Shown one piece after another: positions 56,242-64,000 of a stretch of 64,000 nucleotides of DNA (position 1 is the first letter of the stretch; each line of letters opens with the position of its first letter). The DNA comes from Elainellaceae cyanobacterium (GTDB taxonomy: Bacteria; Cyanobacteriota; Cyanobacteriia; CAKZMO01). The stretch covers positions 9,034 through 73,033 of the forward strand of contig JBHJHD010000011.1 in NCBI GenBank assembly GCA_050331115.1, read 5' to 3'. The position numbers and the translations under genes were made by a program. The notes under the pieces are model-generated. The model was not told the DNA's origin and searched no databases. It saw only the letters and a program-made list of their open reading frames with translations.

Positions 56242-58356
56242 ATGGATTTGATATATGAATACGCCTGGATCATTCCAGTTCTTCCGCTCTTCGGCGCGAT
56301 GGTTCTGGGCATTGGCTTAATCTCCTATGGGGAGACTTTCGCAAAGCTGCGCAGCCTAAGCTCTGTTTTCATCGTGTCGCTGACGGGAACGGCCATGGTC
56401 TTGTCGTTTGCGATTCTCTACAGCCAAATCCAAGGGGCCGCGCCCTATGAGCGGCTGATTGAGTGGGCTTCTGCCGGAGATTTTCGCTTGACGATGGGCT
56501 ACGTCATCGACCATTTGACGGCGCTGATGCTGGTCGTTGTCACCACGGTGGCGTTCTTGGTGATGGTGTATACAGACGGCTACATGGCTCACGACCCGGG
56601 CTATGTCCGCTTCTACGCCTACCTCAGCTTATTCAGCTCATCCATGCTGGGCCTCGTCATCAGCCCGAATTTGGTGCAGGTCTATATTTTTTGGGAGCTG
56701 GTGGGGATGTGCTCCTACCTGCTCATTGGCTTCTGGTACGACCGCAAGGCGGCCGCAGACGCCTGCCAAAAAGCCTTTATCACCAACCGAGTTGGCGACT
56801 TTGGTCTATTGCTCGGTATCCTGGCGCTCTACTGGGCTACCGGCAGCTTCGAGTTCGACGTGGTTGGCGAGCGTCTACAGGATCTTGTGGCGAGCGGCGC
56901 TCTGGCCCCGGCCCTGGCAGGCTTTTTTGCCGTGCTGGTATTCCTCGGCCCTGTGGCCAAGTCCGCCCAGTTTCCGCTGCACGTGTGGCTCCCCGATGCG
57001 ATGGAAGGCCCCACGCCGATTTCTGCCCTCATTCACGCCGCAACGATGGTGGCGGCCGGGGTATTCCTCATTGCCCGCATGTTTCCCATGTTTGAGGCCC
57101 TGCCCACCGCAATGTCCATCATTGCTTGGACTGGTGCCTTCACGGCCTTTATGGGTGCAAGCATTGCCATCACTCAGAATGACATCAAGAAGGGACTGGC
57201 CTATTCCACTATGTCTCAGCTGGGCTACATGGTTATGGCCATGGGCGTCGGAGCCTATACTGCTGGGCTATTTCACCTGATGACCCACGCCTACTTTAAG
57301 GCGATGCTGTTCTTGGGCTCTGGCTCTGTCATTCACGGCATGGAAGACGTTGTCGGTCACGACCCAACCCTAGCTCAAGACATGCGGCTGATGGGCGGCC
57401 TGCGCCGCTACATGCCGGTAACGGCCATCACGTTCTTAATCGGTACCCTGGCGATCTCTGGAATTCCGCCCTTTGCAGGCTTCTGGTCTAAGGACGAGAT
57501 TTTAGGCTCAACCTTCGCCGTGAGCCCAGTGCTCTGGGGCATAGGCTGGCTGACGGCGGGAGCTACCGCTTTCTACATGTTCCGCATGTACTTTATGACC
57601 TTTGAGGGAGAGTTTCGCGGCCAGGATGAGGGGGTCCGCCAGCTGCTCAACCGCGAGAAGCGGCAGCGCATGGGCCTAGCCTTTGGGCCAGGAGCCATGG
57701 ACCCGCAGGAGCTCGTGGTTGAGCACGACGAGCACGAGGCCCACGGTGATGGCGATCACGGTGATGGCGATCACGATGACGCTCATAGCCACGGCGGCCA
57801 CAGCGAGGTGCCCCACGAGTCGCCCTTTGCCATGACGTTTCCGCTGATGGCGCTGGCCATTCCCTCGATGCTCATTGGCCTACTGGGTACGCCATTTGCC
57901 AACTATTTCGAGGAATTTATTCATGCCCCTGGTGAAGCGGTTGACGCCTTAGAGCACGCTGCCGAGTTTGAGTGGAGCGAGTTCTTGATTATGGCGGGTA
58001 ACTCGGTGGGGATCGCCCTCATCGGCATTACCCTGGCGTCGCTGATGTACCGACAGCACAAGATCAACCCAGATGCGATCGCCAGCAAGATCCGTCCCTT
58101 CTACAAGCTGTCCCTTAACAAATGGTATATCGACGAAATCTACAACACGGTCTTCGTGCAGGGCGTCATCCGCATCGCTAAGCAGGTGCTCGAGGTCGAC
58201 ATCCGCATCGTCGATGGGGTAGTCAACTTAGCCGGTTTCGTTACCCTGGTAACGGGCGAAGGCCTAAAGTATATCGAGAACGGGCGGGCCCAGTTCTACG
58301 CGCTGATTGTGTTTGGCGCGGTGCTAAGTCTCGTATTGCTCTCTAGCGTGACTTAA
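56242..58356 (+). CDS. ndhF1: NAD(P)H dehydrogenase subunit 5 (NdhF1)
   Basis: AKSAQFPLHVWLPDAMEGPTPISALIHAATMV and FHLMTHAYFKA; lies upstream of ndhD. Confidence 0.96.
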   Translation: MDLIYEYAWIIPVLPLFGAMVLGIGLISYGETFAKLRSLSSVFIVSLTGTAMVLSFAILYSQIQGAAPYERLIEWASAGDFRLTMGYVIDHLTALMLVVVTTVAFLVMVYTDGYMAHDPGYVRFYAYLSLFSSSMLGLVISPNLVQVYIFWELVGMCSYLLIGFWYDRKAAADACQKAFITNRVGDFGLLLGILALYWATGSFEFDVVGERLQDLVASGALAPALAGFFAVLVFLGPVAKSAQFPLHVWLPDAMEGPTPISALIHAATMVAAGVFLIARMFPMFEALPTAMSIIAWTGAFTAFMGASIAITQNDIKKGLAYSTMSQLGYMVMAMGVGAYTAGLFHLMTHAYFKAMLFLGSGSVIHGMEDVVGHDPTLAQDMRLMGGLRRYMPVTAITFLIGTLAISGIPPFAGFWSKDEILGSTFAVSPVLWGIGWLTAGATAFYMFRMYFMTFEGEFRGQDEGVRQLLNREKRQRMGLAFGPGAMDPQELVVEHDEHEAHGDGDHGDGDHDDAHSHGGHSEVPHESPFAMTFPLMALAIPSMLIGLLGTPFANYFEEFIHAPGEAVDALEHAAEFEWSEFLIMAGNSVGIALIGITLASLMYRQHKINPDAIASKIRPFYKLSLNKWYIDEIYNTVFVQGVIRIAKQVLEVDIRIVDGVVNLAGFVTLVTGEGLKYIENGRAQFYALIVFGAVLSLVLLSSVT

Positions 58357-58568
58357 GGTAACGCCACATCAGGTCACGCCGCTACACTGGCGCTAAATTG
58401 GGGGTGTCGAACGGACATCCCCAACCAGGGAACCAGCACGATGGTTCTTTGAGGTCCGGCCGTAGACCATTGCCTCAGATCATCGCTTGACCCGATCATC
58501 GCTCGACCGCCCATCATTACTACGTTTTGCCCACACTGCATCTTGCAAATACTTTTGCAGAAACCGCA

Positions 58569-60188
58569 ATGCTTACTGCTGAATTTCCCTGGCTATCGAC
58601 CATTATCCTCTTTCCGATCGCGGCGTCTTTGCTGATTCCCATCATTCCCGACAAAGACGGTAAGACGGTCCGGTGGTACGCGCTCGTCATTGGCCTGATC
58701 GACTTTTGTCTGATTGCCTACGCGTTCTACAACTTCTACGACCCCAGCACCGCTTCGCTGCAGCTCGTCGAGCGCTACAGCTGGGTACCCACCCTAGGGC
58801 TGAGCTGGTCCGTGGGGGTAGATGGCCTGTCGATGCCGCTCGTGCTGCTCACTGGCTTTATCACCACCCTAGCGATTTTGGCCTCTTGGCCGGTAACCCT
58901 CAAACCCAGGCTGTTCTATTTCCTGCTGCTGGCTATGTACGGCGGCCAGATTGCCGTCTTTGCGGTCCAAGACCTGCTGCTGTTCTTCCTGGCTTGGGAG
59001 CTGGAGCTGATCCCGGTGTATCTCCTGCTGTCTATTTGGGGCGGCAAGAAGCGGCTTTACGCGGCAACGAAATTTATCCTCTACACCGCGGGCGGCTCGC
59101 TGTTTATTTTGGTAGCAGCGCTGGCCATGGCCTTCTACGGCGACACCGTCACCTTCGACATGACGGCGCTAATGCAAAAGGACTTCCCGCTTAGGTTTGA
59201 GCTGCTGGCTTACGCGGGCTTCCTGATTGCCTATGCCGTCAAGCTACCCATCTTTCCACTGCACACCTGGCTACCCGATGCCCATGGCGAGGCGACGGCT
59301 CCGGTCCATATGCTGCTGGCGGGTATTCTGCTGAAGATGGGCGGCTACGCGCTAATCCGCATGAACATCGAGATGCTGCCCGACGCCCACGCCTATTTTG
59401 CGCCGGTGCTGATCATCCTTGGCGTTGTGAATATCATCTATGCGGCGCTGACGTCCTTTGCACAGGGTAACCTAAAGCGTAAAATCGCCTACTCCTCGAT
59501 TTCCCACATGGGCTTTGTGCTCATTGGCATTGGCGCGTTTACCGACCTGGCCCTCAGTGGCGCAGTGCTGCAGATGGTATCCCACGGCTTGATTGGGGCT
59601 AGCCTGTTCTTCTTAGTGGGTGCCACCTACGATCGCACCCATACGCTCATTCTGAAAGAGATGGGCGGCATCGGTCAAAAGATGCCCCGCATCTTCGCCA
59701 TGTTTACCACCTGCTCGCTGGCGTCCCTAGCGCTGCCCGGGATGAGCGGCTTCGTGGCTGAGGTGATGGTGTTTGTCGGTTTTGCCACCAGCGATGCCTA
59801 CAGCCTCACCTTCCGGGTGATTATCGTCTGTCTGGCCGCCGTTGGCGTGATCCTGACGCCCATCTACCTGCTGACCATGCTGCGGGACATTTTCTATGGG
59901 CCTGAGAACAAGGAGCTGACCTCCCACGAGGCGCTCGTGGATGCGGAGCCCCGCGAGGTATTCATCATCGCATCGCTGCTAGTGCCTATCATCGGCATTG
60001 GGCTCTATCCCAAGATTTTGACCCAGGTGTACGACGCTAAGACGCTGCAGCTCACCGAGCGGATGCGCAACGCTGTACCGTCGCTGGTTGAGCAATCTCC
60101 GGTGGCCGAGTACGACCCGGAACAGCCTCTAGCCGGACTGCCTGCGGCAGGGAAAGCTGTGGCGATCGCCCCAGCCATTAGGCCATAG
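58569..60188 (+). CDS. ndhD1: NAD(P)H dehydrogenase subunit 4 (NdhD1)
   Basis: [27 protein letters not shown] and [16 protein letters not shown] at 58569. Confidence 0.96.
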   Translation: MLTAEFPWLSTIILFPIAASLLIPIIPDKDGKTVRWYALVIGLIDFCLIAYAFYNFYDPSTASLQLVERYSWVPTLGLSWSVGVDGLSMPLVLLTGFITTLAILASWPVTLKPRLFYFLLLAMYGGQIAVFAVQDLLLFFLAWELELIPVYLLLSIWGGKKRLYAATKFILYTAGGSLFILVAALAMAFYGDTVTFDMTALMQKDFPLRFELLAYAGFLIAYAVKLPIFPLHTWLPDAHGEATAPVHMLLAGILLKMGGYALIRMNIEMLPDAHAYFAPVLIILGVVNIIYAALTSFAQGNLKRKIAYSSISHMGFVLIGIGAFTDLALSGAVLQMVSHGLIGASLFFLVGATYDRTHTLILKEMGGIGQKMPRIFAMFTTCSLASLALPGMSGFVAEVMVFVGFATSDAYSLTFRVIIVCLAAVGVILTPIYLLTMLRDIFYGPENKELTSHEALVDAEPREVFIIASLLVPIIGIGLYPKILTQVYDAKTLQLTERMRNAVPSLVEQSPVAEYDPEQPLAGLPAAGKAVAIAPAIRP

Positions 60189-60280
60189 GTTATGGGCTAT
60201 AGGTTATTGGGCTATAGGCCAATCGACCGAGATAGGCCAACAGTCGCTCTAGCCGATTGCTTATCACACCGCTCGATCAT

Positions 60281-60348
60281 ACGCTGTTAACAACGAGCGT
60301 TTTTTCAATACCGTTTTCTAATGCCACTGACATTACGTCAGTGGCATT
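60281..60348 (+). terminator. Terminator and a second hairpin after ndhD1
   Basis: ACGCT...AGCGT followed by a T-run, then AATGCCACTGAC-ATTAC-GTCAGTGGCATT. Confidence 0.6.
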
Positions 60349-60427
60349 GGCTTATTCAGGCCTCTAGGACCGTCGATGGCTGGCGGTAAGCACGATAGCA
60401 GTCCCGGTTAAGGAGGAAGTATTCACC

Positions 60428-60886
60428 GTGGGATCTAAACCGTCTCTACAAGCTGTCGGCTGGCGCGAGCGCGTATCGCTGCCTTCCCTGGGCATTGTCA
60501 CGATCAAGGCTAAGGTAGATACCGGCGCTAAAACCTCAGCCCTTTACGCCTTCGATATCGAGCCTTTTCAAAAAGACGACGAAGACTGGGTTAGCTTCAA
60601 GGTTCACCCCTATCAAGGAGACCGCGATCGCACGATTTCTGCCGAAGCGCCGCTGATGGAAAATCGCGCGATTCGCAGCTCCAACGGCCAAGTTGAGCAG
60701 CGCCCCGTCATCCGTACCGTCGTTGCCCTAGGCGACCAGACGTGGGAGATCGACGTGACGCTGACCCACCGCAGCGCTATGGCCTTCCGCCTGCTGCTGG
60801 GTCGGGAGGCGCTGCAGGGACGATTTTTAGTCGACAGTGGGCGATCGTTTTTACGCTCAAGCGCTAAGCCCCCGACAGGGCCATAA
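60428..60886 (+). CDS. RimK-associated retropepsin-like putative protease
   Basis: VGWRE, AKVDTGAKTS and LLLGREAL. AGGAGG RBS. Confidence 0.88.
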   Translation: MGSKPSLQAVGWRERVSLPSLGIVTIKAKVDTGAKTSALYAFDIEPFQKDDEDWVSFKVHPYQGDRDRTISAEAPLMENRAIRSSNGQVEQRPVIRTVVALGDQTWEIDVTLTHRSAMAFRLLLGREALQGRFLVDSGRSFLRSSAKPPTGP

Positions 60887-60940
60887 CGCATAAGTCACAA
60901 CGCTTAAATTACAACGCTACACAGGACATAGGCATTCGCC

Positions 60941-61846
60941 ATGAAAATCGCTATTCTTTCCCGCAGCGCCTCCCTCTACTCGACGAATCGTCTTAAGGAG
61001 GCCATAGTCGCTCGAGGCCATACTGTCAGCGTCATCGACTACCTGCGCTGCTACATGAACATCACGGCCCATAACCCCCAGGTCATTTACCAGGGTAAGC
61101 CACTCGGCGACATCGACGCGGTTATTCCCCGCATCGGCGCGTCCAAAACTTTCTATGGGACTGCCGTGGTGCGCCAGTTCGAAATGATGGATGTGTTTAC
61201 CACCAACGAATCCCAGGGCATCTCTCGCTCTCGCGACAAGCTGCGCTGCCTGCAGCTGCTGGCTCGGAAGGGAATTGGCCTACCGGTGACCGGCTTTGCC
61301 CATTCCACCAAAGATATCGATGGCCTGATCGACGTGGTCGGCGGCGCGCCGCTGGTGATTAAGCTGCTAGAGGGCACCCAGGGCATCGGCGTGGTGCTGG
61401 CGGAAACGACCCAGGCGGCCACGTCCGTCATTGAGGCGTTTCGCGGCCTAGACGCCAACATCCTGGTGCAAGAGTTTATCAAAGAGGCCAAGGGCATGGA
61501 CATCCGCTGCTTCGTGGTGGGCGATAAAGTGATTGCCGCCATGAAGCGCCAGGGGGCCCCGGGCGAATTTCGCTCTAATATTCACCGGGGCGGCTCGGCG
61601 GAGAAGATTCGGCTGACGCCGGAGGAGCGCAGCACGGCAACGCGGGCGGCTAAAGCCATGGGCCTCAAGGTGGCGGGGGTCGATATTTTACGCTCTAACC
61701 ACGGTCCCGTGGTGATGGAGGTGAACTCTTCTCCCGGGCTGGAAGGCATCGAGGCGGCAACGGAGGTAGACGTGGCCGGGAAGATCGTTGAGTTTATTGA
61801 AAAGAATGCCGCGGATGGGAGCCTGAAAGATCGGGTTCAGGGGTAA
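60941..61846 (+). CDS. rimK: RimK family alpha-L-glutamate ligase
   Basis: [28 protein letters not shown] and [12 protein letters not shown]. Confidence 0.96.
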   Translation: MKIAILSRSASLYSTNRLKEAIVARGHTVSVIDYLRCYMNITAHNPQVIYQGKPLGDIDAVIPRIGASKTFYGTAVVRQFEMMDVFTTNESQGISRSRDKLRCLQLLARKGIGLPVTGFAHSTKDIDGLIDVVGGAPLVIKLLEGTQGIGVVLAETTQAATSVIEAFRGLDANILVQEFIKEAKGMDIRCFVVGDKVIAAMKRQGAPGEFRSNIHRGGSAEKIRLTPEERSTATRAAKAMGLKVAGVDILRSNHGPVVMEVNSSPGLEGIEAATEVDVAGKIVEFIEKNAADGSLKDRVQG

Positions 61847-61894
61847 TGGGCTTGGGGCATCGCCAATGTTGGGAAAAAGCATATTGTCATACCC

Positions 61895-62470
61895 CTATTG
61901 CTTAGACCAGTCCTGAGCCACGCAGAGCGAGCATACCCCCCAGCGCTCCAGCTCTCCGGGCGGTGTGGCGCAGCGGCAGCGGGGACAGTGGGGTAAATTC
62001 TGCGATCGCGATCGCACTTTCGTCTCCCAGGCCTGAAACGCTTCAGCTGCGCTTTGAGGTACCACCTGGCGCGGGAACCGACCCCCCTTAACTCGTGCTG
62101 GGTGCTGGCGCCACAGCGCCGCCGAAGCGATCTGCGTCTCGGAGGAGGACGCTCCGTCTAGGTCGGGTTTCGACCATCGCTGCTGGGCCATGGAAAACTG
62201 AATGTCTTGGCAGGGAAAGTCGGGAAAGCGATGGCGCAGCTTTTTGAGGATGTGGTGTCGCTCAAACGCTAGGGTTTGAGCCCATACCGGGCTGGCGGTG
62301 GCAACGACGAGCCGCTGCCGCCGAATCGAAACCGGCCGGGCGTTGGCCGCCACGGCCGGTCCCACAATCTCGGCCCAAGCAGCGAGCAGCCTTTGGAACT
62401 GCTGCTGCTGGCGGCGGGCAGGGTGGCGATCAAAGGTCTTAACGAGCTGGGTTAAAGAAGTGAACGCCAT
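61895..62470 (-). CDS. DUF721/DciA family protein with a C-terminal Zn ribbon
   Basis: WAEIVG..A.P...L.V...SPVWAQ.L and CPRC..CSLC. Confidence 0.85.
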   Translation of the reverse strand: MAFTSLTQLVKTFDRHPARRQQQQFQRLLAAWAEIVGPAVAANARPVSIRRQRLVVATASPVWAQTLAFERHHILKKLRHRFPDFPCQDIQFSMAQQRWSKPDLDGASSSETQIASAALWRQHPARVKGGRFPRQVVPQSAAEAFQAWETKVRSRSQNLPHCPRCRCATPPGELERWGVCSLCVAQDWSKQ

Positions 62471-62629
62471 TGTTTAAAGCAGCATTTTACAAAATCTAGC
62501 GCGGTTTTCGTAGAGAGTATAATTCGCTTCGCCGCTATAATCCTTAGTATAAAATTCCTAATATGATAGGAATATTAACGCACTGCACTGGTCGCGGCAT
62601 TCAGCCGACTATTTGGCTATACTCGCCCT

Positions 62630-64000
62630 ATGATGACATCCATTCCCTCGCCACTTACTCATCCTAGCGCTAACCCTGGGCGAGACTTACACCCGGTTCT
62701 CAGTGCTGCTATAGACTGCCTAGATGTTGAGCTAGAAGCAGAGCTAGACCGCTACCGGCGGCTGGCTAACCCTAAGGGCACAGCGGCGCTGGTGCCACTG
62801 GCGCCAAGCCAGGAAGCGCAAGCAGGCCAGACGCAAGCAGGCCAGACGCAAGCAGGCCAGACGCAAGCAGGCCAGACGCAAGCAGGCCAAGCGCAGGCAG
62901 GCCAAGCGCAGGTAGGCCAGATGCAAGCAGGCCAAGCGCAGGTAGGCCAAGTGCAGGTAGGCCAGATGCAAGCAGGCCAAGCGCAGGTAGGCCAAGTGCA
63001 GACAGGGCCCATGCCGTCAGCTCAAGCGCAATCAAATCTAGAGATGGCGATCGCTGCAGCTTCAAGCGGCGTTGGCGGTCAAATCCTGCCCTACTCAATG
63101 GGCGAATACGCCGACGAATCGCAGGACGCTAGCGCTGATTCGACTGCGGCCCCAGAGACCTATCTTGAGTCATCCGAGGAGCTGCTGCGGAGTTTGGGCG
63201 ACACCTACGGTGAGGCATCCTACGCCGATGATTTGTACGGTCGGCTCCCACAAGGCGGCGAGCGGCCGCGGCGTAGGTTTCCAGGGCTGTTTACACCCCT
63301 AGGCGTAGGGCTAATACTCTTGGTCGGTCTATCGAGCCTGACGCTGACCTATGCTTTCTTCAACATTCGATCGGCGCAGGTTGCCCGTCAGGACGCGTCC
63401 AGTCAAGCGGCTTCGGAAGCCGATCCCCTATCCCCTTTGTCGCCTAACCTTACAGTCGGTGAGTTTACGAAGCTCGACTTAGGCCGTCTGAGCGCTCTGC
63501 CTATATTTCGAGGCAATCGCTCGAATGAGAGCGTTACACCCCCTGATGTAGGTCAAACCTCTGCTGAGGCGCTCAGCCCAAGCGCTGACCCTGAGCTAGA
63601 GGCTGAGAATACAGCGGTTGATGATATCCCTGTCAGCGCACCTGAGGCGGCTGTAGTAGCGCCACCAGTGCGGCAGCCGGTTCAGCCGGCTCGCTCTACT
63701 GCTAGGACCCTTCCCTCAAGGCCGCCCGTCGCTACTCCCCCAGCCCCGCCGGCGATCGCCCCGGCCCGGCCCGAAGCTGCAGTTGACAACGCTAGCCAAA
63801 GTGGCGATGCTGCACCTTCTCCCGTACCACAGGCACTATCGACGTCTTCTAGGTCTGCCGCACCGCAAGATTCTGCGTCGCAGACTGCCCCGTCACAAAA
63901 TTCCGCACCGCGGGCCCCAGCACCGCAGACTGCCACACCGCAAACCACTACGCCGCAGGCCCCAGCACCGCCAGCCGCACCACAGGCCAATGCGCCGCAG
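62630..64000 (+). CDS. Conserved cyanobacterial bitopic membrane protein, 3'-partial (missing from the ORF track)
   Basis: Manual translation: MMTSIP..LHPVLSAAIDCLDVELEAELDRYRR..PETYLESSEELLRSL..TM (TPLGVGLILLVGL)..PNLTVGEF, then a Pro-rich linker. No stop was seen before the window end. From memory, similar proteins end in a SPOR domain. Confidence 0.8.
   Translation, partial: MMTSIPSPLTHPSANPGRDLHPVLSAAIDCLDVELEAELDRYRRLANPKGTAALVPLAPSQEAQAGQTQAGQTQAGQTQAGQTQAGQAQAGQAQVGQMQAGQAQVGQVQVGQMQAGQAQVGQVQTGPMPSAQAQSNLEMAIAAASSGVGGQILPYSMGEYADESQDASADSTAAPETYLESSEELLRSLGDTYGEASYADDLYGRLPQGGERPRRRFPGLFTPLGVGLILLVGLSSLTLTYAFFNIRSAQVARQDASSQAASEADPLSPLSPNLTVGEFTKLDLGRLSALPIFRGNRSNESVTPPDVGQTSAEALSPSADPELEAENTAVDDIPVSAPEAAVVAPPVRQPVQPARSTARTLPSRPPVATPPAPPAIAPARPEAAVDNASQSGDAAPSPVPQALSTSSRSAAPQDSASQTAPSQNSAPRAPAPQTATPQTTTPQAPAPPAAPQANAPQ
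62819..62998 (+). repeat. In-frame 15-nt tandem repeat x12, encoding Q(A/V)GQ(T/A/M/V)
   Basis: CAAGCAGGCCAGACG-type units. Units 7-9 are duplicated as units 10-12. Confidence 0.95.

Larger units (their letters stand above)
1..64000. repeat. HIP1 (GCGATCGC) over-representation
   Basis: The octamer recurs throughout the window (e.g. 293-300, 461-468). I did not count copies exactly. Confidence 0.9.

Noticed and set aside
62744-63098. Minus-strand repeat ORFs (LACLR, WPACV, ASGLL) and a possible CRISPR array
   Set aside because: These are shadows of the 15-nt tandem repeat in the plus-strand gene. There are no unique spacers and no cas genes.

Overview
GC-rich cyanobacterial chromosomal window. 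The assignment rests on the abundant HIP1 octamer GCGATCGC and on psbQ, psbI, ndhF1-ndhD1, ctaA-ctaB and csaB. It holds about 48 protein genes and one elongator tRNA-Met. I found no rRNA, CRISPR array, integrase or transposase. Most content is core or ordinary. The best candidate for an undescribed system is a three-gene module at 47.9-50.0 kb: an ECF-like sigma factor, a divergent peptidoglycan-binding protein and a stand-alone NfeD-like protein, each preceded by the same bipartite motif GTCACA-N12/13-C(G/A)(T/A)CAC. Other highlights are a translationally coupled P-loop ATPase plus NLR-like TPR-STAND-WD40 pair, a GH19 hydrolase with four copies of an unrecognised N-terminal repeat, a biliverdin-type bacteriophytochrome, a ClC with Gln at the gating-Glu position, a 24-nt element inserted in-frame into a Uma2 gene, two MITE-like elements, and recurrent short echo duplications over stop codons. 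All calls come from reading motifs by eye; no database searches were run.
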